42,404 nt of DNA from Verrucomicrobiota bacterium. GTDB taxonomy: Bacteria; Verrucomicrobiota; Verrucomicrobiia; Chthoniobacterales; JAFAMB01. A program made the position numbers and the translations under genes. Below the pieces are notes generated by a model. That model was not told the origin of the DNA and ran no database searches. It saw only the letters and a list, made by a program, of their open reading frames with translations. The stretch covers positions 1 to 42,404 of the forward strand of contig JAFAHI010000083.1 of assembly GCA_019237325.1 (NCBI GenBank). Reading direction: 5' to 3'. Below are positions 7,843 through 16,531 of the stretch, piece after piece. Numbering within the stretch: the first letter of the stretch is position 1; each line of letters opens with the position of its first letter.

Positions 7843-10281
7843 CTATTCCCTCAGCACGATGATGGGATCAATTTTCGTGGCTCGCAACGCGGGAAGAAGG
7901 CAGGCCAAACATCCGGTAATGCCCAACACGATGATAGCGGCCGCTAACGTCGATAGATCGGCTGGAGAAACACCGTAAAGCAGGCTTTGCATATACTGAC
8001 CCAGGAAAAGGGCCCCCACTATTCCAATCAACAGACCGATCCCGATCAATCGAAACCCTTCGAAAACCACCAGTCTGAGTATTTGCCCGCGATCGGCGCC
8101 TATTGCTGCGCGGATGCCAATGTCCCGAGCTCGATTCGTTACGGAGTACGCTAAAATCCCGTATAATCCAATGGCCGAGAGTAGGAGCGCAGCCGTCGAG
8201 AACAACGAAACCAAGAGAACCGCAAGGCTGCGAGTGGCATACTTTTTGGAGATCAACTCGTTGTACGTCTGGACCGTGCCTAAGGTCACGGATGGGTCAG
8301 TCGACGCGAGGGCGGCTCTGATTCCGGTTGTCAATCCGGCAGGATCCGCGACCGCTCGCACCAGGAGAAGCCCGTATCTCTCTGTTTGCTGACTAAACGG
8401 GTAATAGGCATCGAATGGCGACGGATGATGGTCTGGGCCTCCGTGTACGGTATTGCCGACGATTCCAACGATCGTGCCGATCTTGTTGGTCACAGTAGTA
8501 CCGAGATTTTCGATCTGCTTCCCAAGCGGGTCTTCGGACGGAAAGAACCGCTGGGCAAACGACTTGCTGATAATGACCACGGATGGGCGATCGATTTTAT
8601 CTTGTGCGTTGAACTCCCGCCCTGCCACCAAGGGGATCTGCAGTGTTTTAAAATAGTTCGGTGAGACGATCTGAACATCCATTCTAGGCTCCCGCCCTTG
8701 CTCCGGCAGCGGTTGACTTGGAATTGTGAAAAGACTGCTATAGCCCTCTTCCCAGGCGAACGGCGCGTTATCGTTTACCGCCGCATCCACCACCCCTGGC
8801 AGCTGCCGGACACGATCAAGCAGGGATTCGAAAAACGCTCGAGTCTGCGCCGGGTCGTCATGTTTCTTATCCGTGAGATAAATCTGCGCGGTTAGAACAT
8901 CCCGCGGGTTGAACCCAAGGGGAACACTTTGAGCCGCCTGAAGGCTGCGCACCAACAGTCCGGCAGCGATTAACATGACACAGGCAAGGGCAACTTGGCC
9001 GATCATCAGCAGGGATTGAGTTCTCTGACGCTGCGCGCCTGTGGTGACGTTGCGGCTGCCGCCGGCCTTGAGGCTCAATGCTAGATTGGCTTTAGAAGTT
9101 AGCACCGCCGGCAGTAACCCCGAGAGCAATGCCGTAATCGCGGCGACCGCGAAGAAGAATATCAAGGCTTCAGTGTCAAGACTCACGGCGAAAACCCGGG
9201 GCATGTCTTCGGGAGCGATGGCTTTGATTAGTCCAATAACCCATGAAGCAACGATCACTCCAATGATGCCGCCCAGAAAAGAAAGCACCACGCTCTCAGC
9301 CATGAGCTCACGAGCCAGCCGGAAACGCGATGCACCCATCGTCGCTCGGATGGTGATTTCTAGTTTACGATCCAACGCTCGCGCCAGAAGCAGCGTCGCT
9401 ACATTGGCCGTCGAAATGACTAAAAGACACCCGACCGCCGCGCCCAATATCCAGACTGTGCCAGCGTAATCTTTTACCTCAACGTCCAACAACGGCTGAA
9501 TATGCACCGTGTACCCCCGATCCTCTGGATATTGGGCAATAAGATTACGATGGATCACTTCCAATTCGGCCTGCGCCTGCTCCTGGGTAACGCCCCGCTT
9601 TAACCGCCCGAGGCAATAGAGGATATGGGCATCGCGGCTCCGCCACCCGTTCCATTGCCCCCACGCGCCGACGAGGTCTGCCGCGTTTAAAGGCACGTAC
9701 ACTTTCGGTGGGGTGCGGTTCTCAGCTTCGGGCGGGATCACCCCGATGATCTCAAAGCTTTGACCGTTTAGGATTAGCGTCTTTCCGATAATCTTCGGAT
9801 CAGAGCGATAATGGCTTTTCCAGAATGGTTCACTGAGGACTGCTACGAGCGGCCCGCCCGGTTTATCTTCAGCTGCGGTAAACGGTCTGCCAAGGACGCA
9901 GTGCAACCCGTTCACATCAAATGCACTAGCCGAAGCAAACGCACAATTGATCCGCTCCGTAGATCCGTTCTCGGTGAGATCGAAATACTCGAAATTTTCG
10001 AGTGCTAAGCTGGTGAAACTCTGTTGCGCCGCCGAAAAGTCGAGATAATCGGGATAATCAACCGGCATTTCTTCCGTGCCGCGAACCGGCATGCTGATTA
10101 CCATCAAGCGATTCGATTCAGGATATGGCAACGGCTTTAGGAGGACCGTATCAATGAGACTGAAGACAGCCGTATTAACCCCAATCCCGAATCCCAGCAC
10201 AATCACGGCGATTACGGTAAACCCTGGGGACTTCAACAGTCGGCGAACAGTCCGGCGAAAATGGGATACCAGGGGATGCAT
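7843..10281 (-). CDS. ABC transporter permease, duplicated MacB-PCD/FtsX (ADOP-type)
   Basis: 812 aa; KSPGFT...GIGVNTAVFS, LPYP, GRLKRGVT, IRATMGA, DIGIRAAIGA, RATKIDP. Confidence 0.93.
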   Translation of the reverse strand: MHPLVSHFRRTVRRLLKSPGFTVIAVIVLGFGIGVNTAVFSLIDTVLLKPLPYPESNRLMVISMPVRGTEEMPVDYPDYLDFSAAQQSFTSLALENFEYFDLTENGSTERINCAFASASAFDVNGLHCVLGRPFTAAEDKPGGPLVAVLSEPFWKSHYRSDPKIIGKTLILNGQSFEIIGVIPPEAENRTPPKVYVPLNAADLVGAWGQWNGWRSRDAHILYCLGRLKRGVTQEQAQAELEVIHRNLIAQYPEDRGYTVHIQPLLDVEVKDYAGTVWILGAAVGCLLVISTANVATLLLARALDRKLEITIRATMGASRFRLARELMAESVVLSFLGGIIGVIVASWVIGLIKAIAPEDMPRVFAVSLDTEALIFFFAVAAITALLSGLLPAVLTSKANLALSLKAGGSRNVTTGAQRQRTQSLLMIGQVALACVMLIAAGLLVRSLQAAQSVPLGFNPRDVLTAQIYLTDKKHDDPAQTRAFFESLLDRVRQLPGVVDAAVNDNAPFAWEEGYSSLFTIPSQPLPEQGREPRMDVQIVSPNYFKTLQIPLVAGREFNAQDKIDRPSVVIISKSFAQRFFPSEDPLGKQIENLGTTVTNKIGTIVGIVGNTVHGGPDHHPSPFDAYYPFSQQTERYGLLLVRAVADPAGLTTGIRAALASTDPSVTLGTVQTYNELISKKYATRSLAVLLVSLFSTAALLLSAIGLYGILAYSVTNRARDIGIRAAIGADRGQILRLVVFEGFRLIGIGLLIGIVGALFLGQYMQSLLYGVSPADLSTLAAAIIVLGITGCLACLLPALRATKIDPIIVLRE

Positions 10282-10426
10282 CGCGGTAAGTAAGCGATAA
10301 CAAAAGTAACCGGGAGTTCAAGGAGTTGTTAGAAGGTGGCATAGCGGGTGATTGGGTTGCTTCCGCGCGACGCGAATGAGTTAGAACAGCCGCGAAAAGG
10401 CGCAGAAAACGCAAAAGAAGCGACAA

Positions 10427-10533
10427 TTGGATGGGAGCCGCTTTGAAGCGTTGCAGACGACCTCGCAACTTTCTCGTTGGCGCGGGTGCAACCGAAGAAT
10501 GTGAAAACAGGCGGCTCCAGCGAATTACCCAGC
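10427..10533. repeat. Half copy of the GGAGCCGC four-repeat element
   Basis: TTGGATGGGAGCCGCTTT at 10427 and CAGGCGGCTCCAGCGAATTACCCAGCG at 10508; 81 bp offset as in the full copies. Confidence 0.75.
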
Positions 10534-10571
10534 GTTTTGTTCTCGCCCAAATAGTGTCTGCTGAACCGGGC

Positions 10572-11045
10572 TCAATGAATATCGGGCACGTTGCAGAGCG
10601 GATGTAATTCTCCTTCCACCACCGAATCGCTGATCGCCTGCTCGAACCAACAAATCGCACCAGCACTGATCCCGCAGAGGATCTTACCCGCCTGCCACGC
10701 TTCTTTCAGTGGCTGGTCTAAACCGCGTCCGCGCCAGACTGACAACATGTCCCGGGTATTCCCTCCGCCAACGTAAAAAATGTCGTTTCCCAGTACCGCA
10801 GCTCGCGGATCGGAGATCTGCGAATCAATCAGCGCCAAGTGCGTTGGCCGGCAGGCTAATTTCTCGAATGCAGAGTAAAACCGCTCGATATAATCGACGC
10901 TATCTCCGGTAGCGGTCGGTATGAAACAGACTCGCGGTTCCCGATCCGACCGGCGCCACAAAGAAAGGATGTACCGGTCCAAGGCCAGGTTGTCTGGCTC
11001 CATCGAAAACCCGCCCCCACCCAAAGCGACGATGTGACCAGCCAT
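10572..11045 (-). pseudogene. peptidase E (family S51), C-terminally truncated
   Basis: IVALGGGGFSMEP, CFIPTATGD, YVGGGNT, GISAGAICWF; stops at 157 aa before the usual catalytic-His (PHY) region. Confidence 0.8.
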
Positions 11046-11057
11046 ACGGAAACAAGG

Positions 11058-11282
11058 ATTTCACCACAGAGACACAGAGAACACAAAGACCGAATCTAAA
11101 AATCCCCAGATTACACAGATCAAGCCTCAGATTAATTGCTTGCCGGCGAATAAAAGTACCGCCGCTCGACTTCCTTTTATTACCAAACCTGGGCTGAGAC
11201 CAGAAATGGAAATCTGCGTAATCTGTGTAATCTGCGGATTTTAAATGCTGTCTCTGTGTCCTCTGTGTCTCTGTGGTGAAAT
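11058..11282. repeat. Nested inverted-repeat element
   Basis: Outer ATTTCACCACAGAGACACAGAG / CTCTGTGTCTCTGTGGTGAAAT; inner CAGATTACACAGAT / ATCTGCGTAATCTGTGTAATCTG. Confidence 0.85.
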
Positions 11283-11290
11283 TTTCCGAT

Positions 11291-13735
11291 TCATTCGCGG
11301 AGCGCTGTGATCGGGTCGACCCGGATCGCACGGAGGGCGGGCACCAGGCAGGCCAGGAATGCAGCCAGCCCTAAGACACCGACCGCGGTCAAAAGGGCAA
11401 CCGGATCAGTCCCGGAAACACCATAGAGCAGGCTCTGGATCAGATGGGTTAGGATCATTGAGCTAATGATACCGGCAACCAGGCCGATCCCAACAATGGT
11501 TAGTCCCTGACGAACGACCAAACTGAGGATGCTTCCGGATTCTGCCCCGAGTGCAATTCTAATCCCAATTTCCCGCGTGCGCTGCGCGATCGAATACGCG
11601 AGTACGCCGTAGAGTCCCACCGCAGCGAGTAGCAGAGCGAGAACCGAGAACAGGCCCACCAAAATGACGGAAAGCCTTTGCGTTACCAGCTCATTACTGA
11701 GCTGAGTTTCCAAGGTTCGAATATTGAAGACCGGTAGATTTGAGTCCACCGATTGCACCGCCTCGCGAGCCGCAGCTACCAGCTGCAGCGGATCGCCTTT
11801 CGCCCGAAGCAAGATAGTCATGCCTAGCTCCGGTTCCTGCGAGATCGGATAGTAGAGCTCAGCGAGTTTGGGCACGTTTACCAAGTCGTTGTGCCGCACC
11901 GTCCGGACCATTCCAATGATGGTATATTTTGGCGAGTCCGGCTTATCAGGGTCCTCAATAATCTGTTGGCCGATCGGATCCTGGCCAGGAAAACAGCGAT
12001 TGGCCAGCTTTTCATCAATGATAACGACGGGCGTTTTACCGATTCTATCCTCTGAGTCGAAATCGCGGCCACGAACGATTTGAATCCGAAGTGTTTTGAA
12101 ATAATCCGGCGAGATAGACTCATATTCGGCGGTCGGTTCTTCACCGGGTCTGGGTACAGGCTGACCAACGATCCCAAAATCCCTGACGTAATTCTCACCA
12201 TTAAAGGGCGTATTACTACCCAGAGCAAACGCCTCGATGCCCGGAATCCGGTGAATCCGTTCCAAAAGCGATCCGTAAAATGCCACCATTTCTTCAGTCT
12301 TCGGTGACTGATTGGATTCGTTTTGATATTTGGACTTCGACAGTTTAATCCCGATGGTGAGCAAGTTATGCGGGTCAAATCCGAGCGGCACTTTCTGCAA
12401 ACTCTGGAAGCTTTGAATTAGTAGGGTAGCACCGACTAAAAGAAGACTAGCCAAAGCCACCTGGCCGATAACTAACAAACCTTGGCTCCGTTGCCGGGCG
12501 GCGCCGGCGGTACTGCCGTGACCGCCTGCGGTCTCTAGCATCGCGCGGATGTTAATCCGAGAGGTCTTCAACGCAGGCCATAATCCAAATACGAGGCCAC
12601 TGCAGAAAGTCACCAGCGTCGTAAATAACAGGACCATCCCGTTGATGTGAACCTGCCGAAACCGGGCAACATCATGAGGGGCTAACGCACGAATCGCGTC
12701 GAGACTGGTCTGCGCTAAAAGTAAACCGAGCATCCCGCCAAACACCGCTAATACTACGCTCTCGAATAGTAGCTGGTTGACCAGCCGGCTTCGGCTAGCG
12801 CCAAGGGCCGCCCTCAACGCAACTTCGCGTTGACGCGCTATGGCTCGACCTAATAACAGGTTGGCAACATTCGCACAGCCGATCAAAAGAACGAGACCGA
12901 CGACGGCCAGCAATAAGTAAAGCGTCATCCGATATTGGCCGACGGCGTCCTCCAACAGCGGCATTGCCTGAGTAGAGATGCCCGTGTTAGTGTCCGGATA
13001 ACGTAACTCGAGATTTCGAGCAATCACCCGAAGCTCGGCGGACGCGCTCTCGAGAGAAACACCCGGCTTAAGCCGAGCCAAACAGAACAGCCCGGGATGC
13101 ATACCACGATCCGTTAGTGCGGATTTGATCTCGAAATGGCTGAACGGCAGGTAAACATCCATGCCCTCCGGGGTCGTGATTTGCGGGGGGATGATGCCGA
13201 TGATTTGGTAGCTAACATCATTCAGCACCAGGTTTTGGCCGATAACCCTCGGATCCGCCGCGAAACGGTTTCGCCAGAATCGATCGCTCAAGAGAACGAC
13301 ACCTGATCCTCCCGGATGATCGTCATTCTCGGAAAACGCGCGCCCCATGGCAGGCTGAGCTCCTAGCACTCGAAAATAGCTCGCGGTCACGAATGCACCG
13401 TGCACCCAGGCTGGGTCACCATTCCCGGTTAAATTAAAATTATCCCGACGAAAAACGGCGAGGTCTTCGAACGAATGTTGGTTCGCACGCCAATCGAGGT
13501 AATCGGGGTAGGACACCGACATTTTCGGATAAGCGGAGCTCGTGTCCAAAATCGTGCATAACTTCTCCGGTTCCGGATAAGGCAACGATTCCAATAGAAC
13601 CGCATCGACCAAACTGAAAATGGCGGTGTTGGCTCCGATAGCGAGTCCCATGATCAGTACAGTGGTAATGCTGAACCCGGGGGACTTTAATAGCAACCGG
13701 ACGGTGTAACGCAGGTGAGAGATTAGGCTTCGCAT
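11291..13735 (-). CDS. ABC transporter permease (ADOP-type)
   Basis: Start set at MRSLISHLR by paralog comparison; REVALRAALGA, EIGIRIALGA, VDPITALRE. Confidence 0.93.
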   Translation of the reverse strand: MRSLISHLRYTVRLLLKSPGFSITTVLIMGLAIGANTAIFSLVDAVLLESLPYPEPEKLCTILDTSSAYPKMSVSYPDYLDWRANQHSFEDLAVFRRDNFNLTGNGDPAWVHGAFVTASYFRVLGAQPAMGRAFSENDDHPGGSGVVLLSDRFWRNRFAADPRVIGQNLVLNDVSYQIIGIIPPQITTPEGMDVYLPFSHFEIKSALTDRGMHPGLFCLARLKPGVSLESASAELRVIARNLELRYPDTNTGISTQAMPLLEDAVGQYRMTLYLLLAVVGLVLLIGCANVANLLLGRAIARQREVALRAALGASRSRLVNQLLFESVVLAVFGGMLGLLLAQTSLDAIRALAPHDVARFRQVHINGMVLLFTTLVTFCSGLVFGLWPALKTSRINIRAMLETAGGHGSTAGAARQRSQGLLVIGQVALASLLLVGATLLIQSFQSLQKVPLGFDPHNLLTIGIKLSKSKYQNESNQSPKTEEMVAFYGSLLERIHRIPGIEAFALGSNTPFNGENYVRDFGIVGQPVPRPGEEPTAEYESISPDYFKTLRIQIVRGRDFDSEDRIGKTPVVIIDEKLANRCFPGQDPIGQQIIEDPDKPDSPKYTIIGMVRTVRHNDLVNVPKLAELYYPISQEPELGMTILLRAKGDPLQLVAAAREAVQSVDSNLPVFNIRTLETQLSNELVTQRLSVILVGLFSVLALLLAAVGLYGVLAYSIAQRTREIGIRIALGAESGSILSLVVRQGLTIVGIGLVAGIISSMILTHLIQSLLYGVSGTDPVALLTAVGVLGLAAFLACLVPALRAIRVDPITALRE

Positions 13736-13762
13736 GTCAGTGAGTCGGCAAGCAATGAAATT

Positions 13763-13886
13763 GAATAGCCGCAAAGGATCGCAAAGATCGCGAAAGCGAC
13801 AGACAGATTCTGGATACACTCGTGGCTAGGTTTTTCGCTTCGCAGGTCATATTTTTTGCGTTCTTTGTGCTCTTTCGCGGCTATTC
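13763..13886. repeat. Inverted-repeat element (GAATAGCCGCAAA family)
   Basis: GAATAGCCGCAAAGGATCGCAAAGATCGCGAAAG ... TTTGCGTTCTTTGTGCTCTTTCGCGGCTATTC. Confidence 0.85.
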
Positions 13887-13894
13887 CTCCGTTT

Positions 13895-16345
13895 TCATTC
13901 GCGAAGCGCTGTTATCGGGTCGATGCGGCTGGCTCGGAACGCGGGGAAGAAACAGGCGGTCAATGCCGTGAGGGCAAGGGCGAGAACGCTGATTGCAATG
14001 GACAGCGGATCCGTTGCGGAGACTCCGTACAGGATTCCAGCGATTATCCCGGAGAGCGCTAGGGAAATTACTAGTCCAATGAAGATGCCGACTCCTACGA
14101 TCTTAAGCCCCTGTTGGATGACCAATCGAAGAATGCTCGGAGATTGTGCGCCCAGAGCAATTCTGACTCCTATCTCACGTTTCTTCTGACCAACCGAATA
14201 AGAGAGAACCCCGTACAATCCAATTGCCGCTAATAACAGAGCGACCGCAGAAAATGCGCTAACTACTACCGAAGCTAACTGCCGGATGGCAAACGCGCCT
14301 GCAACCGCGTCTTCCAGCTGGCCGATATTTGATACCGCCAGGTTCGGATCGAGATCCGCGACAACTTTTCGCAGAGGCGCGGTCAGCAGGGCTGGATTAT
14401 TCTCGGCGTGGATTACCAGCGTCGCGAAATTAACCCGATTCGATTCAGTATTCTGAGTATACGGATAGTAACATTGGAAGGGCGTTGGCTGCGATTCCGG
14501 GTTGTCGTATTGGACGCTGCCCGCTACGCCCACGATCGTGTAGAAATTCCGTTTCAAACCGGTGCGATCATGAAAATCATAGATCCGTTTCCCGATCGGA
14601 TCTTGATCAGGAAAAAGCGATTGAGCCACACTCTGACTAATGATCACAACTTTCTGACTATCGGGGCCATCTTGCTCATTAAAGGTTCTGCCCCGTATCA
14701 GGGGAATGCTCATGGTACGGAAATAATCCGGCGAGATGAACTGCACTTGCCAGGCGGGTAACTGGTTCTGCGGTGGTTCCCGGCGCCCTACAATCCAAAA
14801 GCCGTCTAGATTAGTTCCCGGGGAAGAAGGCATAAACGGCAAGGCGCTATTGATGCTGACGGATGAAATACCGGGGAACGTTTTTACTCGCTTGAGCAAA
14901 TGATCAAAGAACTGGCGGTACTCGGACTCGTTCGAATAATTAGCGTTGGTAAGATAAAGATCCGCAGTCAGACGGTTAGCCGCATCGAATCCGAGAGGCG
15001 TACGTTGCAGCGCCTGAAAGCTTCGAGCCATGAGACCCGCGCCAATTAAGAGGACAACTGTCAGCGCCACCTGGCCCCCCACGAGGATGGCTTGGCCGAG
15101 GTTCCGTGCCCGGCCGGCAGTACCGCCACGTTCTCCTCCCTGTTTAAGAGCTAATCCCAGATTGGTCCTCGAGTTGACCAGAGCCGGGAACAACCCAGAG
15201 AAAGCCGCAGTTAAAAGGGTGATCACGACCACAAAGACCAAGGCCCCAGTGTCAAGCCGTACCTCTTGAAACCGGGCGAACTCATCCGGCACCAGAGCTC
15301 TAATCATCGCTAAGGGCCAGGCAGCCGCAGCGAGACCAATGGTTGCACCCGCAAATGCCAGCGCCGAATTTTCGATAAGGAGTTGAGCAACCAATCGTCC
15401 TCGATTTGCGCCGAGAGCCGCGCGCACACTCATTTCTCTGGCGCGTTCTTGTGCTCGGACCAGCAACAGCGTAGCGACATTCGCGCAAGTGATCAGCAGT
15501 AAACAGGCTACCGCTGCTTCCACCAGCCAGAGCGAGCCGGAATAGCTGCCAATCACCGTATCGAGATAGGAGACTGCCCGGATATCGAACCCGAAATCTT
15601 CCGAGTACCGGCGCACCAAATTTTGCTGGAGCACTTCCAGATCGGCTTTAGCCGTTTGCAGTGTAGCGCCGGCTTTGAGGCGGCCGAAACACGCATAGTC
15701 ATGGCTAAGCCGCTGGGTCATCTCCACCGTCCCGTACCAGCGGCTTTGGTTCAACGGGACATAGACCTCCACCTTCGCGGATTCGTTAGCGACAGCCGGA
15801 GTGACGCCGATGATCTGAAAACTTTTGCCGTCCAGTGATAAGTTAGTTCCGACCACATTGGGGTCGCCATGGAACTGTGTCCGCCAAAAACGTTCACTGA
15901 CGACCGCCACCGGAGACCCATCCGGGCGGTCATCGGACACTTCAATCGGACGGCCAAGCGCCATCGCTCGTCCGAATAGCTGAAAGAAGGTTCCCGAGAT
16001 ATAGGCCCCGCTGATTAACTGAGGATTGCCGTGTCCAGTCAGCGTAAAATCGTCATTGAGACAGAGCGCCATCTCCTGGAACGAATGTTGGCCAGCCTTG
16101 ATATCGACGTAATCTGGGTAATCGAGAGGTAATCGATCGAAACTTCGATAAGACTGGTAAACCTGTACCAACTGCTCGGGATGCGGGTACGGAAGCGGCT
16201 TTAGGAGCACCGCCTCCATGACACTATAGATAGCGGTGTTGCCCCCAATCCCTAATCCAAGGATCAGGATCGCTGTGATCGTGAATCCGGGCGTCTTAAC
16301 CAACCGCCGGATCGTATGGCGAAGATGGGAAATTAGGCTGGGCAT
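13895..16345 (-). CDS. ABC transporter permease (ADOP-type)
   Basis: Start MPSLISHLR; same duplicated permease motifs; ends RIDPITALRE. Confidence 0.93.
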   Translation of the reverse strand: MPSLISHLRHTIRRLVKTPGFTITAILILGLGIGGNTAIYSVMEAVLLKPLPYPHPEQLVQVYQSYRSFDRLPLDYPDYVDIKAGQHSFQEMALCLNDDFTLTGHGNPQLISGAYISGTFFQLFGRAMALGRPIEVSDDRPDGSPVAVVSERFWRTQFHGDPNVVGTNLSLDGKSFQIIGVTPAVANESAKVEVYVPLNQSRWYGTVEMTQRLSHDYACFGRLKAGATLQTAKADLEVLQQNLVRRYSEDFGFDIRAVSYLDTVIGSYSGSLWLVEAAVACLLLITCANVATLLLVRAQERAREMSVRAALGANRGRLVAQLLIENSALAFAGATIGLAAAAWPLAMIRALVPDEFARFQEVRLDTGALVFVVVITLLTAAFSGLFPALVNSRTNLGLALKQGGERGGTAGRARNLGQAILVGGQVALTVVLLIGAGLMARSFQALQRTPLGFDAANRLTADLYLTNANYSNESEYRQFFDHLLKRVKTFPGISSVSINSALPFMPSSPGTNLDGFWIVGRREPPQNQLPAWQVQFISPDYFRTMSIPLIRGRTFNEQDGPDSQKVVIISQSVAQSLFPDQDPIGKRIYDFHDRTGLKRNFYTIVGVAGSVQYDNPESQPTPFQCYYPYTQNTESNRVNFATLVIHAENNPALLTAPLRKVVADLDPNLAVSNIGQLEDAVAGAFAIRQLASVVVSAFSAVALLLAAIGLYGVLSYSVGQKKREIGVRIALGAQSPSILRLVIQQGLKIVGVGIFIGLVISLALSGIIAGILYGVSATDPLSIAISVLALALTALTACFFPAFRASRIDPITALRE

Positions 16346-16373
16346 GGCAAAACAGGAGCTAGGAGCTGGGAAG

Positions 16374-16531
16374 AGTGAAAGGTGAAAAGTGAAAAGTGAA
16401 AGGTAAGCGGTAGCGCCTTGGCGGATGAGCGGCGTTGCAGAGCCGCTGATCAATCCCTTCTCGATTGGAGATGTCTAGGTTACGGGGAGTGTCCTTACTT
16501 TTCACCTTTCACCTTTCACTTTTCACACTTA
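16374..16531. repeat. Inverted heptamer arms (GTGAAAR / YTTTCAC)
   Basis: AGTGAAAGGTGAAAAGTGAAAAGTGAAAGG ... CTTTTCACCTTTCACCTTTCACTTTTCAC. Confidence 0.85.

Noticed and set aside
16405-16495. Possible four-helix-bundle C-terminal remnant (IDQRLCNA/LIRQ)
   Set aside because: Too short and needs a frameshift; cannot be told from chance
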